This document shows, one piece after another, positions 31,079-46,731 of a DNA stretch of 64,000 nucleotides (position 1 is the stretch's first letter; every line of letters starts with the position of its first letter). The position numbers were made by a program, and so were the translations under genes. Source of the stretch: Octopus vulgaris. Its lineage: Eukaryota. Below the pieces are notes generated by a model. It was not told the DNA's origin, did not search any database, and saw only the letters and a program-made list of their open reading frames with translations. The stretch is from assembly GCA_951406725.2 (NCBI GenBank), contig OX597820.1, positions 127,596,001-127,660,000 on the forward strand. The letters run 5' to 3'.

Positions 31079-31394
31079 TATTGATAAACCTCCTTTTGAT
31101 AAACTTTCATTTGAAGTCTCAGGAAAGGGAAAGAAAAATTCAACAATAGCCAATAGTACTAAAATTTGGTTGTAAGACACTTTAACGAAAGTAGAAAAGG
31201 AGGAAAAAGAAGAAAAAAGGGTAACTATTGTGGAAATGTCATGATCAGAGAAAAATGCTAAATAAATGCTAAACAAAATTTTAAACCTGCTATTTTACCT
31301 GCTAAATGCGGGATTCAAAAATTTTCTGTTAAATGATGAAAACAAATGCTAGATCTCGCATAAAATATACTAAATTGGCAACCCTGGTTGACAC

Positions 31395-33250
31395 GTACTT
31401 ATCTATCAATCTTAGAGCTAAGGAACTCGTCGCTAAACTTATTATAGATTACAACGCTGAATACTTACTCCTACCCAACAAGTGCCATACATTATGGTTA
31501 AGGACCACCAGCTAGTAACCCCAAATGTAGGTTAATTAACCTAGCAAAACCTGAATTAAGAATAATTAGCAAGTAAATAGCTGAAAACATTATTTTAGAG
31601 TGAAAAGTCGATATCGTTCCTTTTATTGATTTGTGATTGAGAAGTATGTGAATGACTTCATAAACACCGATTTTTAAATTCCATATTTCACGTCACCAGC
31701 TTCTTTTTCCTCAATCATTAAGTCGTTTCTTTAAGCTTTGAACTTCGCAAATGTCATCACTCTGATTAGTGAGTCAGATGTTCTTATATTTATGCTCATG
31801 AAGAAAGCCTCCTATTTTAAAATAATTATACTTAGATCAAGAAAACTGGTTGTTTATTTGATATCTTTATTGGTACATATGATAGAACTAAGTTGTATAA
31901 TATTATCGGAATTGATATCTTCGACCTTCTACATGAAAAAAAAAAATCTCTTCTGTTAGAAAAGGTATGTATAGAGATGATGGCTTTGCAACACTGAGAA
32001 ATATAACTAGACATGAACAATGTAGACTTAAGAAGGATGTGATAAAAATTAGATATTACTGTGGCCAAATTATGTTATATAAATAAGAATCAGCTGTCTA
32101 GTACTTTACGTAACGTACTCTGTAGCATTCGTCGGTGTACATAACTTTATCCGCAAATGAGGCCATATTCAAAAGTGCCTCCTATATAACACTTCCCTCG
32201 AGTACAGCGAATTCACTAGGAAGATATCTGTTTGGATATATTTTAATAAGAATAACAGCAATATTTTATAATATAATCCAGCGTAAATTTGAAAACTAAC
32301 ACATGACAGAATTTCTTGATTTAATATTCTATTATTTTCCAACGAACCACAAATACCATAAATTCTTCAAATGAAATCATTTTAAAATGGTTTACATGTA
32401 AAAGTTTTCTAATTTCACCAGAAGTTACATGGTTAAATGATTGTTTAGCAGTAACAATTAACTAAAAGTGTGTGCCTACCTGTAACTGTTTCTTTTCAAA
32501 AATTATCCTCTTTTTGATAATTAAATGGTGAAGTGCTTTCGAGTATTTGAGTTTTTTGTTGCTTGTTCCTTCTCGAGCCATGCCTGGCTCATAAGGGCCG
32601 GTTTCCCGGTTTCCTTGGCGTATAGGTTCCCCACCTGGACAGGACGCCGGTCCGTCGCAGGTTAGCTGCTAGATGCAGGAGGAAAGAGTGAGAGAAAATT
32701 GTGGCGAAAGAGTCAGCAGAAGTTTCCATTACCTTCTGCCGGAGCCGCGTGGAGCTTAGGTGTTTCGCTCATAAACACACACATCGTCCGGTCTGAGATT
32801 CAAACCCGCGATCCCTCGTCCGCGAGTCCGCTTCTCTAACCACTAGGTCATGTGCCTCCACACAGAGTATTTGAGTGATAACACAAAGCCGAAATTGTAT
32901 ACGAGATTAGCTGAACATTACTTAAAGATTCGAATTTATAAGCACTGACATTCTTTTATCAACTCTGAAAGATCGTTTGCAACTGCTCTGAAATATATTT
33001 GGCTTCCGAGGAGGTAGAACCACTTATATTCTACCTGATGTTGTAGTTTATATAATTTGGTCAGTCTTGAGTCGAGCTACATTTCACTGTCATGGAAATT
33101 CCGGATCGAAGTTTTGGTGTCAGCTTTATCTTTGTTAAAAAATTGCCTCTTCTGTTCTTGGATTCTTATGGTTTAAACTTAACATATGAACTTTACTTCT
33201 CTCTTGAACACGTTTCTAAATAAAGATCTTTCCCCTCATTACAAATCTTA
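31395..33250 (+). pseudogene. Penelope-like element RT + GIY-YIG pseudogene
   Basis: VKDH..NPKCRLINLAKPEL, GTYD, GMYRDDGF (~31965), FPTNHKYHKFF, CNC, YTRLAEHYLKIRIYKH.HSF and KYIW, in PLE order. Confidence 0.75.
32553..32864 (-). mobile_element. Full-length tRNA-derived SINE (V-domain-like) with 12-bp TSD
   Basis: TSD GAGTATTTGAGT at 32541-32552 and 32865-32876; head TGACCTAGTGG / GGTTTGAATC; A-rich tail. Confidence 0.9.
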
Positions 33251-33829
33251 ACCGGCAACACCATAATCAGTTTGACTTTGCTATAATTGTTTTTGTTGGC
33301 ATCCTCAGAAATTCATATTTCGTATGTTTCCATGTGCTTATCTTCTTTACACGAACATGCATCGTTATTAAATTTTGCTTGCAATTTAATCGCGCGCATA
33401 TTTAATCCTGTAAATTTAATAAAAAAAAAATATTCACCCTCCACACACAAACGAACATTGCTACACACATTTTCTCACGATTCTCTCATAAAAACTTTAC
33501 ATATTTTACATTGTAAACGAACGCCTTTATACGAATTGCAGTTTTAATATATTTTGTTTTCAATATAGTTTATTTTACAATTTAATCGCATGCTTCCTTT
33601 ATTCAATAATTCTTATGGCCTACGCACACGATATTCTCTACAGTTATTTTCGTCATATAATTCCCTCTGAAGAACTTTATATATTTTATAGTTAACGCCT
33701 TTACACGATTTTCATTTTTAGCCCGTTTTAAATATAGATATTTCTTTTACAATTAAATCGCATACGTTCTTTATTCAGTAATTTTTATGACCCACAAAGA
33801 TATTTAACCTTACATATGCATTTTTTGCA

Positions 33830-35613
<1,784 letters not shown>

Positions 35614-36259
35614 TTCTTTTTTCTCTCATTTTTTCTTTCTTTTTTTCCAGTTATTGCAGTCACCCGCGTCTCTTTCTCGCCTTTAATGGAATTCTTTTCA
35701 AATCAGAGACGTTAGCAAATTGGGTCCAACGGATTTTCCCGTTCAATTGAAAATTGTTACCGTTTCATTCTTTTCTTCATGATTTCATCTCTTTCTTTCT
35801 CTTTTTCTCACTCTCTCTTCCTCCTTCTCTCTCCTCTCTCCCCTCTCTCTCTCTAAATATATATATATATGTAAGCACACACACACATATATATTGATAC
35901 ATACACATGCATATGTATATACACGTATGTATATACACGCACACACACATGCGCGAACACGCACGCAAGCAAACACTCACACACTCACACAAATACATAC
36001 ACACATACACATGCATAGACACACACACAGTGGAAACTGCTTATGGTAATCACTTTGATATAGAACTTTTTTTGTTACAATCGGCTGATTGCATAAAATA
36101 AAAGAAATAATATTTGGATTTTAGATTCTAATAAGTCGTAAGCTTGATTCATTTAAAATAGTTCACGATCCACTAATTTTGATATTAATAACCGTTTGAC
36201 AAGGTTATCTCTGATTACAATATAAGGCTTCTTCTCTCTCCATCTCTTTTCATCTCCCA

Positions 36260-36331
<72 letters not shown>

Positions 36332-36344
36332 ATATATATATATA

Positions 36345-36710
36345 CTAGCAGTATCGCCCGGCGTTGCTCAGGTTTGTAAGGGAAATAACTATAAAGCATT
36401 TTTAGAGAGTTATAGCCAAAAAATAGCAAAAAAATGGAAAAAAAATGATGGTAAATTTATTTTGAGAGTTAAAAAAGGTGGAGTTGCGTCCCCTAGACGG
36501 TCTTGGTTTGGGTTTCTGATTCTCGACCCCATGTCGAATTTATCGATTTTTTTCAGAACTGGGGGAACTTTTCAAAATTTTCGCTGCGTTAGTTTTGAAT
36601 TATGACATTGGGCTATGTGTGTGTCAAGTTTCATCAGAATCGGTTGAAAGCCGTGGTCAGGGTGAGGGTACGAGAAAACAGACACACAGAAAACGCACAG
36701 ACAAACTGCC

Positions 36711-36715
<5 letters not shown>
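36345..36715 (-). mobile_element. Non-autonomous Helitron
   Basis: Minus-strand 3' end CCTGAGCAACGCCGGG-CGATACTG-CTAG|T; AAGTTTCATCAGAATCGGTTG motif and (ACAG)-like tract; related 3' ends at ~42230-42260 (+) and ~51424-51450 (-). Confidence 0.7.
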
Positions 36716-36778
<63 letters not shown>

Positions 36779-37099
36779 ATCTAGGAATGGTCATGTTGCC
36801 AGTTTAGCCAATAAAAATACGCACGCACTATATATTTGGTGTTACTTTGCTTCAGCTTTATTTATTTTTTACATTAATTAATCTTAATCTTATTTCGGCC
36901 AGAGTTCTTCCGTCACACCCCTTTGCTTTCTTCTTTCTGTGTCTCTCTACTTATTTCGTAGGTCTCTTCTGCGAACCGCTTGCTACGGAGACGCAAACAA
37001 ACCAACTCTGGTCGCGAGGCTGAGTGAGAAAAAATATACTTATGCTGTCCATCTCTACCCTTTTGCCAAAACTTTGTTTTCAATGGCAATGGCAGCTTT

Positions 37100-37570
37100 A
37101 TTGAAGGACAACCTCCGGATTATGTTCTTGTACTCGATGCTTACAATCATCGGACAGGTCTCTTTCAAAGTTTTGCAACAGACCCTTAAGAGATGACAAT
37201 CGAGTTTTTCATTAATATAAATGTTAGAAAAAAATGTTAAAGGCGGCGAGCTGGCAGAAAGGTTAGCATGAGGGCGAAGTGCTTAGCAGTATTTCGTCTG
37301 TCGCTACGTTCTGAGTTCAAATTCCGTCGAGGTTGACTTTGCCTTTCATCCTTTCGGGGTCGATTAAATAAGTACCAGTTACGCACTGGGGTCGATATGA
37401 TCGACTTAATCCGTTTTTGTGTCCTTGTTTGTCGCCTCTGTGTGCAGCCCCTTTTGGGTAGTAAAGAAATAAGAAATGTTAGTTTGGAAGTTAATTGTGA
37501 AACAATTGTTTCCATCGTTGTTGCTTCCCACTGACCATCATCCTGTAATAGGCCTCGCCTGAGAACAAAC
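37100..37570 (-). pseudogene. Helitron RepHel remnant split by a SINE
   Basis: RRGLLQDDGQWE..., continuing past the SINE as NFERDLSDD. Confidence 0.55.
37241..37471 (+). mobile_element. SINE family 1 (tail type A)
   Basis: Close match to 152-382; AAATGTTA repeated on both flanks. Confidence 0.85.
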
Positions 37571-38419
37571 TCCTCTGTAACAAAAATATGACTAACGTGA
37601 TTAACGTGACTAAAGTGACTGTTCCAGGCAAGGGGATGGGTTTGGTCCTCTGACTTCATGTAAGAGCATTCTTAACGCTTTTAGCTTAGAAGTCAGATGT
37701 ATCCACCTGAAATGACATTACCTTTAACTGCGGACATTTTATGTATCAATCTATCTTTTGGTGAGAACAATCATGTTTGAAAATTATTTTCCGTTGAGAT
37801 ATGTCAAGTTTATTGAGGCAATGTGCCTTGAAGAAATTGCTAATTCTTCTTTTTTTTTTTTTTGGTTGATAATATCACTTCTGGATAAACCTTGAAATTT
37901 AATCTCGCAGGTAGATGGTTAAATGTAAGCACTTCTGTTGCTTGGAATGAACTGTATAGACATTTCCCACAGTTATTAAAGCTTATATATCTGTCGCTAT
38001 TAACAAAAACAGCTATTATCATTCATAACAATTTTATTTTACCTTAGCTATAATATGAAGAAAACTAAAACGATGCAGCGTTCAAGCAAAAGTATCGATT
38101 CGTTAGATTAAAAAAATGCTGCACATGTAGTGACCCCTGGAACTAAAATATATTGCATTTCACTCGAAACATGGCACTGATATGCATACACGTATACTTG
38201 CACTAAGACAAATATCTCATTGAAAAACCAGAATTTGAATGGTTTTTATAACAAAGATCTATATTCATGCGGTTAAGGAAGAGTAGAAAAGTATACGAGC
38301 ACCGTTTCAATACGTTTTGTATCAATGTAATCATTTTGTACGCGCGCGCATACACAGGCGAACACACACATACAGAACAAAAAGTGTACACAGTATATGT
38401 ATGTTTATATATATATACA

Positions 38420-38476
<57 letters not shown>

Positions 38477-39169
38477 ATACATACACACACATGTATGTAT
38501 ACATATATATATATATATTGGCAGATGTCTGTGTGTCTGTATGTCTGTGCATAATGTCAATGACGGAGGGGGGAGAAAGAAACAGAAAAACAAAGTGTGG
38601 AAGTGGCTCTTTACTTCTCCTCCATCTCATTCGTCACAACGTTTTTCGATATAGGGAAAAATGTAGATAGTGTGAGTAAGAAAAGAAGAGAAAGAGAAAG
38701 AGAGAGAGAGAGAGAGTGAAAGAAACAGATATAGACTAAAAGAGGAACTATTACAGAGGTTGAGAGAGGATATGAGTGAGAGAGAGAAAGACAGAATGAG
38801 AAAAAGACAGAGAGAAGAGAGAAAGAAACAAGTTTCTATAGAAGTTGAAAAAGAGAGGGGTAGTGGGAGAGAGAGAGGCTGATGTTTGATATTGAATGCA
38901 TGTTCTATAGGTGAAGATGAAAGAAAGCTGGCAGATAGAGAGGGGGAAAGCGGGAGAGAAAGAGACGCTGATGTTTGATATTATATGTACATGTGTGTGT
39001 GTGTGTGTGTGTGTGCGCATGTGTGTGGTGTTCCACAATCGCCATTTATTTCAATCACTTTTGTGAAGATATTCTCGTAACTTTCACGCATTTTTTCATT
39101 TAATCCCCATTTTGATTTTCAAAAAAGTTTCCGGGACGGGGTGGAGGTGTTGATGATCAGTATTCGACA

Positions 39170-39595
39170 GTGAAGCAAAGACAGGTACAGGTAGCTAGAG
39201 TAAGGTTATTAGAGACACCTGTACAACAACAGCAAAAGCATGAAGACGACCGAAGGAAAGCTGCTGCACGCAGGGCAATGGGTCACGAGAACAGTAAAAA
39301 GGGTTTGAACAATTACGTCAGCAAAATGCAATCCACAGGATCCAAGACTACAAAAAACAAACAAACAAAAAAAAAAAAACAAAGAGAAAACTGCTTAAAG
39401 GATGCAAGACAAGGACAAGCTGCAACAATTGCCAATGCGACAATAGGTCAGCGAGAGGTGAGACTAAGAAAAAAAGCCAGGAGCGAACAGTTGCTGCATG
39501 ACTTTGCCAGTCCTCAGAGGAAAGATGTAAGCAGGTTGATAAAGATAGGCTGAATAAGTTTTACAAAAGAGTTGCGCTTTCAGCATATCTGATAG
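39170..39595 (+). pseudogene. Possible Helitron RepHel N-terminal repeat region
   Basis: R/Q/A-rich ETPVQQQ..DRRKAAARRA..QREVRL peptide; composition-level similarity only. Confidence 0.35.
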
Positions 39596-39650
39596 AATTT
39601 ATCTCCCCTCATAAAAGTGGTAGATTTTATATTTTCGTTGATTATTATTA

Positions 39651-39752
<102 letters not shown>

Positions 39753-39761
39753 GTTATTATT

Positions 39762-39843
<82 letters not shown>

Positions 39844-39844
<1 letters not shown>

Positions 39845-40546
39845 TTTTTTTTTTCTTCTTTCAAATTTTCTTCCATTTCTTGCCGAGTGTCTTCCCGACT
39901 CCTAGGGCAAAGAAACTCATAGTGTATATTGATAGGCCATTAAACCAAACTCAGTAGTTCGTTCATTTTTTTTTTTAAAGTTAAATTAAAATGCATGAGC
40001 AGCAACAGTTCTCACATCGACAATGCTCTTCTCAATACGTGTGATGTACCAGTTAAGACAATCTTTTGCACTTCTTGCAGGGATGGTAAGCCAGGGATCA
40101 TTCTCATATAATTTTCGGTTCCCTTCTTGATCATTCCTAGTGCTCCTACGATCACTGGTATTGTAACCGCCTTGAGATGCCACATTTTCTCAATTTCAAT
40201 GAGTAGGTCTTTATATTTTCTGAGCTTGTCAAACTCTTTCGCTGAGATATTATGATCACAGGGGATGCTCATGTCGATCAATAAGCAAACTTTATTGTTT
40301 TGGTCTTTCACAACAATATCTGGTTTATTGGCCTTGATGGTTCGGTCTGTATGTACTGGAAAGTCCCACAGAATGGTTACATTTTCTCCTTCAGTTACAG
40401 CCTCAGGGTGGTGATTATACCACTTGTCGGCAGTTTTGATATTGTAATGCCGACTTATTAGCCAGTGGAGATATTGGCCAACTCTGTCATGTCTTAATTT
40501 ATACTCCACTGGTGCTAAGACTTTACATCCAGAGATTAGGTGGTCC
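39844..40546 (-). mobile_element. R4/Dong-like RLE LINE family A, 5'-truncated
   Basis: ORF 40012-40509: RHDRV, ILWDFPVHTD..IKANKPDIVV..LIDMSIP..KLRKY (PD..D..K endonuclease); both ends in (TAA)n. Confidence 0.9.
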
Positions 40547-42105
<1,559 letters not shown>

Positions 42106-42349
42106 TTGAGTTATTCATTCAGAATTGATTTCATCGTGATTCCTAATTGAAGAATAAATTGAATTTAGAATAACAACTTTCTATACAACATATTTTGCTT
42201 TTTTTTTCTAATACATCAGGAATAATTTCATTCCCGGACAACGCCGGGTGCCTCTGCTAGCATATATATATGTATATGTGTATATATATATATGTATGTA
42301 TATATACACATATATATGTACAGTATATATAAATGTTATTTTACTTTTA

Positions 42350-42727
42350 TTATTTTAATCGTTTCAGTCATTTGACTGTGGCCACGCGGGAGCACCACTT
42401 TTAGACGAGCAAATCGACCCAGGACTTATTCTTTGTAAACCTAGTACTTATTCTACCGGTCTCTTTTGCCGAAACGCTAAGTTACGGAGTCGTAAGCGCA
42501 CTATTATATGTTGTCAAGCGATGTTGTGGGGACAAGCACAGACACACAAACATATAAACGCACATACATATATATCATATATATATACGACGGGCTTCTT
42601 TCAGTTTCCGTCCACCAAATCCACTACCAAGTCTTTGGTCGACTCGAGGCTATAGTAGAAGACATTTGCCTAAAGTGTCATATGTGGTTGACAAGCAAGC
42701 TACTTACCACACAGCCACTCCTGCGCC
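42350..42727 (-). mobile_element. SINE family 2, diverged
   Basis: Reverse complement of 24122-24520 with an internal deletion. Confidence 0.8.
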
Positions 42728-42789
42728 TATATATACATATATATATACATACACACGCACACACACATATATATGTGCCCACGTACACA

Positions 42790-42828
<39 letters not shown>

Positions 42829-42842
42829 ACACACACAAACAA

Positions 42843-42877
<35 letters not shown>

Positions 42878-43647
42878 TTCTTTTATTCGTTTATATGTTT
42901 CAGCCTTGAGGCTGCGGCCAGATACACTCGACAATCCAATAATTTATTTGTATTATAATATAACATAATATACTACGAATATAATATAACATAAATAATT
43001 ATCTAAAGAACCAACAATTTGTTTCGACTTATATACATTTTTGATATATAAACAATTCAATTCCCTTATATATAAGTCATATCAGGGTAATGGTGTGTAG
43101 ATAGACGAATTTCCTTGTGAAAGAATTGTTGGATTGTAAAAAAGTTAATTCAAATGCCTATGTATTATGAGCGTAAGCGATAGCCATTCACCTACATATC
43201 AATTACATCAAATATTAAGAAACAACAAAATCATAACGGACAAAATAATTAAGTAGAATCTACAACTATTGAAATACATATCTATATATCTCAAATAATA
43301 TCAATCCATACTCGTGTATGTCTAACATAATCTTTCGCTATTATAATAACATACAACAATAATATATACGTATATAATTAAGTATCAGGGTCTGACTTAA
43401 TCTATAAACTGTAATAAAACGTGTAAAAAGATATGATGATAATTGTAATTTTAATACATAATAACACTTCTATTTATTTAAATCTATTGATATAAAAATG
43501 TTGTTTAACTAATAAAAGTGTTCTATATTTGTTGTCTATCGGAGGGAGAATTCCGTAATAAATATGAAGATAAATTTAGATCTACAAACACTATTACAAA
43601 AATTCCCCATTGATATAGAGTTTGGCTATATAGTAAACGGGTTTACT

Positions 43648-43860
43648 ATAGTGATCGGAGCGTTGGGCTCAATTTCATTGAAACTTCAAAACTTCTTAAG
43701 GCAACTGGAAGTCCCATGAAAGATTGATGTCTTGCAAAAAGCAGCCCTATCGGGCACAGCGCACATCTTATGGAAATGATTAACTGTCTGAGGTCCTTGT
43801 TGTGACTTGACAGATGACTAAAGACACAGGTGCATTTTTACCTACACTGTGTTACGAAGG
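43648..43860 (+). mobile_element. R4/Dong-like LINE family C, 3' fragment
   Basis: VIGALGSI...LQKAALSGTAHIL, then a 3' UTR and an (AGT)/(GAT)/(AAT)n array. Confidence 0.8.
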
Positions 43861-43903
43861 AATAGTAGTAGTAGCAATGATGATGATGATGATGATGATG
43901 ATG

Positions 43904-43964
<61 letters not shown>

Positions 43965-44828
43965 CATCGTTCGTCTTGGATTAAGTAGCTATGTTTATGT
44001 CACAAACGTAAACCAGTCATTAAATCGATCGAAAACAGCTTTGGATTTCAAAGCTAAAACCAAAATTAAAACAGAATTCGGAACTTAATAATGCATTCTA
44101 GGATGTTTTGGATTAGAATTTATAAAATATGTCTTATGCATGATAATTTTTATTTCTCTGTTTATCATATTTTTTTATCGAAATTCTTGAGATCACATCA
44201 AATAAGAAAAGGTTCATTTCATTTCTGATTGGCAGAATACAGGCAAAAGTCAATCCATGCTGATCGATCAACAGGCTAAACACAATTTGTTCGTGTTCCT
44301 TGTGATTAAAGAACTGCTTATTCTAGCCGAGGACTTGTACGGTTCAATGAATATCTACGCGATGATTATTATTGGAAAGGAAGGCAGCGTGCTTACATGA
44401 ACTTCCGCTGATAATAGAATCTACTGCTTGGTAGCAATTTTTGTTGAATTCCTCTACAACGCTTTCTCCCTTTCTTCCCCTCCATATTCATCTGCCTGAC
44501 TAAACCCTACTTCTATCTTTCTATCTTTCTTCCTCTCAGTACTTTCTTACTATCTTCTTTCTTTCTTTTTCACTCTGTACACCTCTCTCTCTGCCACACT
44601 CATTTACTCTCTCTCTCTCTCTCTCTGCTGCATTTTTTTATTTCCCTTTTCTTCTCTTTCTTACTGTATCCACCCAGATGTTTTGAATTTAATTTTAGCC
44701 ACTACGGCCAAGGCCATAATGGAGCATCACTTTTATCATTTCTTCAAATCTTCTGCTTTTCTATCTCCTCTTTCTTTCTCGCACAACTTCCGCATTACGT
44801 ACATACATACACACATACACACGTACGT

Positions 44829-44889
<61 letters not shown>

Positions 44890-44904
44890 TACATACATTC
44901 ATAC

Positions 44905-45689
44905 ATTCATGATGACAGCCAACACGATTTCGAGTAGAGCCATGGCCGGATTTCCTTATACCCTAGAATATCATCGATGAGCTGCTCGAATATGGCTTTT
45001 GAGGCCTCCAAAGACTTGCATGCTTTTTGACAATTAGTGCAAGAAAACTTGGTGATTGTATAGTTTACAGCTCCATCAACTTTACTCTGCCTTTTCAAGC
45101 CACTTTTTGATCTTTATGAAACTTTATGAGAGAGAACGCATTCGAAATCGTCTGTCCATCTATAATCAATGTGCGGTTGTGCAAAGTGTGATTTCGTATG
45201 GCTCTTTAGCCCAGCCTTACTAAGACAAATCTTTCCACGTTCATCACATGTATGATCATCAGGTTCATTAATGCTTGTTAGAACATCATTCCTGTCACTT
45301 CTTCTCATCTTTCTTTTGATCTTTGCATGCTCCATTCTCTTCCTTTCAAATTCATTTTTGCCTTCATACACAACTTTTTTCCATTTTTCTCGGCAATGTC
45401 CTAAATCTTCCCAGTTATCAATTAGAACGTTTATCTAATTCAATCCCGATTCTAGACAATCTTTGTACCTCATCTTTGGTTTGTGTGATGGACGCGTATC
45501 TGTCACCAATTCTCCGTAAAAAAGTTGTTTAGGCATTCGGGTGTCTGTCATTCTGACTAAGTGTCCACTCCATCTCAATAGGTACTGCAATAGCAAAGCT
45601 GCAACACTGAAGCATTTCCCTCTTTCAAGCCTCTTCATCGTCACTCACAAACATTTTCCAACTGATCCTCAAATTCCTTCTGAGACATT
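44905..45689 (-). pseudogene. RTE-clade LINE 3' part with C2H2-like fingers
   Basis: QQCLRRNLRISWK, LRWSGHLVRMTDTRMPKQLFYGEL, RYKDCL, GKICLSKAGLKSHTKSH. Confidence 0.85.
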
Positions 45690-45694
45690 GTTGA

Positions 45695-45966
45695 TGTGGT
45701 GTTGGTGAGAGAGTATGACGGATAGGGGAGAGCGGAAGTAGGGCTCGCAGGGCGGAAGCAGGACTTGCAGGGCGCATGCGCGGGAAGAAGCGGAAGTGAC
45801 AGGCAGAACGCACGTGTGGGATCGACGAGTTGCTGCAGACACGACGAAGGCACCAGACGCATCGAGTTGGCTAAGAGGTATCCGAATTCATCTCCGACGA
45901 GGTAAGACCCAATTACATTTCCATTCTCCCTTTTTCTGTTGTACTCTTTTCATCGTTCACACCACA
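45695..45966 (+). repeat. 5' LTR
   Basis: Direct repeat of 49676-49947. Confidence 0.97.
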
Positions 45967-45978
45967 AGCTATTTCGGC
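45967..45978 (+). promoter_or_regulatory. Atypical primer-binding site complementary to tRNA-Phe(GAA) nt 1-12
   Basis: AGCTATTTCGGC is the reverse complement of GCCGAAATAGCT, the conserved 5' end of metazoan tRNA-Phe; it abuts the LTR and there is no TGG. Confidence 0.8.
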
Positions 45979-46023
45979 AAATAAACACTCGGTTTTATAA
46001 AAATAAAAAAAAATTAAAAAATT

Positions 46024-46731
46024 ATGCAGAGTGCTCGGGTTTCGCGCGAACCTATAACACCGTTTTGCGGCGACACTGATGTGGTCGCTTGGTTGAAGAG
46101 AGTGAAATTGGTGGCGAAGCTCCATGGTATAGGTGACCTGGCGAGCTTCATGCCGCTGTACTTGGATGGCCCGGCGTTGGCGTTATATTTAGAGATGGAG
46201 GAGACGGACCAACTTAGCGCAGATAAAGTAGAAATCCGACTGATGGAGGCCTTTGCGGAAGGAATGTTCGAGGCATACGCTCGCCTGGGTAGAATGAGAT
46301 GGACTGGGCAACAGGTGGATGTGTTTGCCAATGAGCTTAGAAGACTGGCTAAATTGGCGGGCTATGAGGGAGAGTCGCTAGAACGGACGGTTAGGTTAGC
46401 GTTCGTGACCGGCTTTCCCGACATCATGTCGGTCGAGCTACAGAAGCTCCCGAACGTGCGTTCGATGCCGATGGCCGACATCATATCTCGGGCACATGTA
46501 CTAGTTTCGTGCAGCAGGATGACGTCGGTAGCAGCGACTGCAACGTCGAAAAGTGGCCCAGCTAGGAGCAGCGGAGAGGGGCTGAAGAAAGAACGTGTGC
46601 AACCGTTCAAAGGACAGTGTTTCCGGTGCCAAGGTCCACACATGGTGCGTGACTGCGTGTCGCCCAAGCCTGAGGTGATTTGCTACCGGTGTCGAGAGCC
46701 AGGGCATGTAGCCAGCGAGTGTCTGCGGTGA
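46024..46731 (+). CDS. gag: Gag (235 aa) with two zinc knuckles
   Basis: CFRCQGPHMVRDC and CYRCREPGHVASEC; the stop is probably premature. Confidence 0.9.
   Translation: MQSARVSREPITPFCGDTDVVAWLKRVKLVAKLHGIGDLASFMPLYLDGPALALYLEMEETDQLSADKVEIRLMEAFAEGMFEAYARLGRMRWTGQQVDVFANELRRLAKLAGYEGESLERTVRLAFVTGFPDIMSVELQKLPNVRSMPMADIISRAHVLVSCSRMTSVAATATSKSGPARSSGEGLKKERVQPFKGQCFRCQGPHMVRDCVSPKPEVICYRCREPGHVASECLR

Noticed and set aside
45967-45985. Tf1-style self-priming as the explanation for the non-TGG PBS
   Set aside because: I could not find the complement GCCGAAATAGCT inside the LTR, whereas it matches the tRNA-Phe 5' end exactly.
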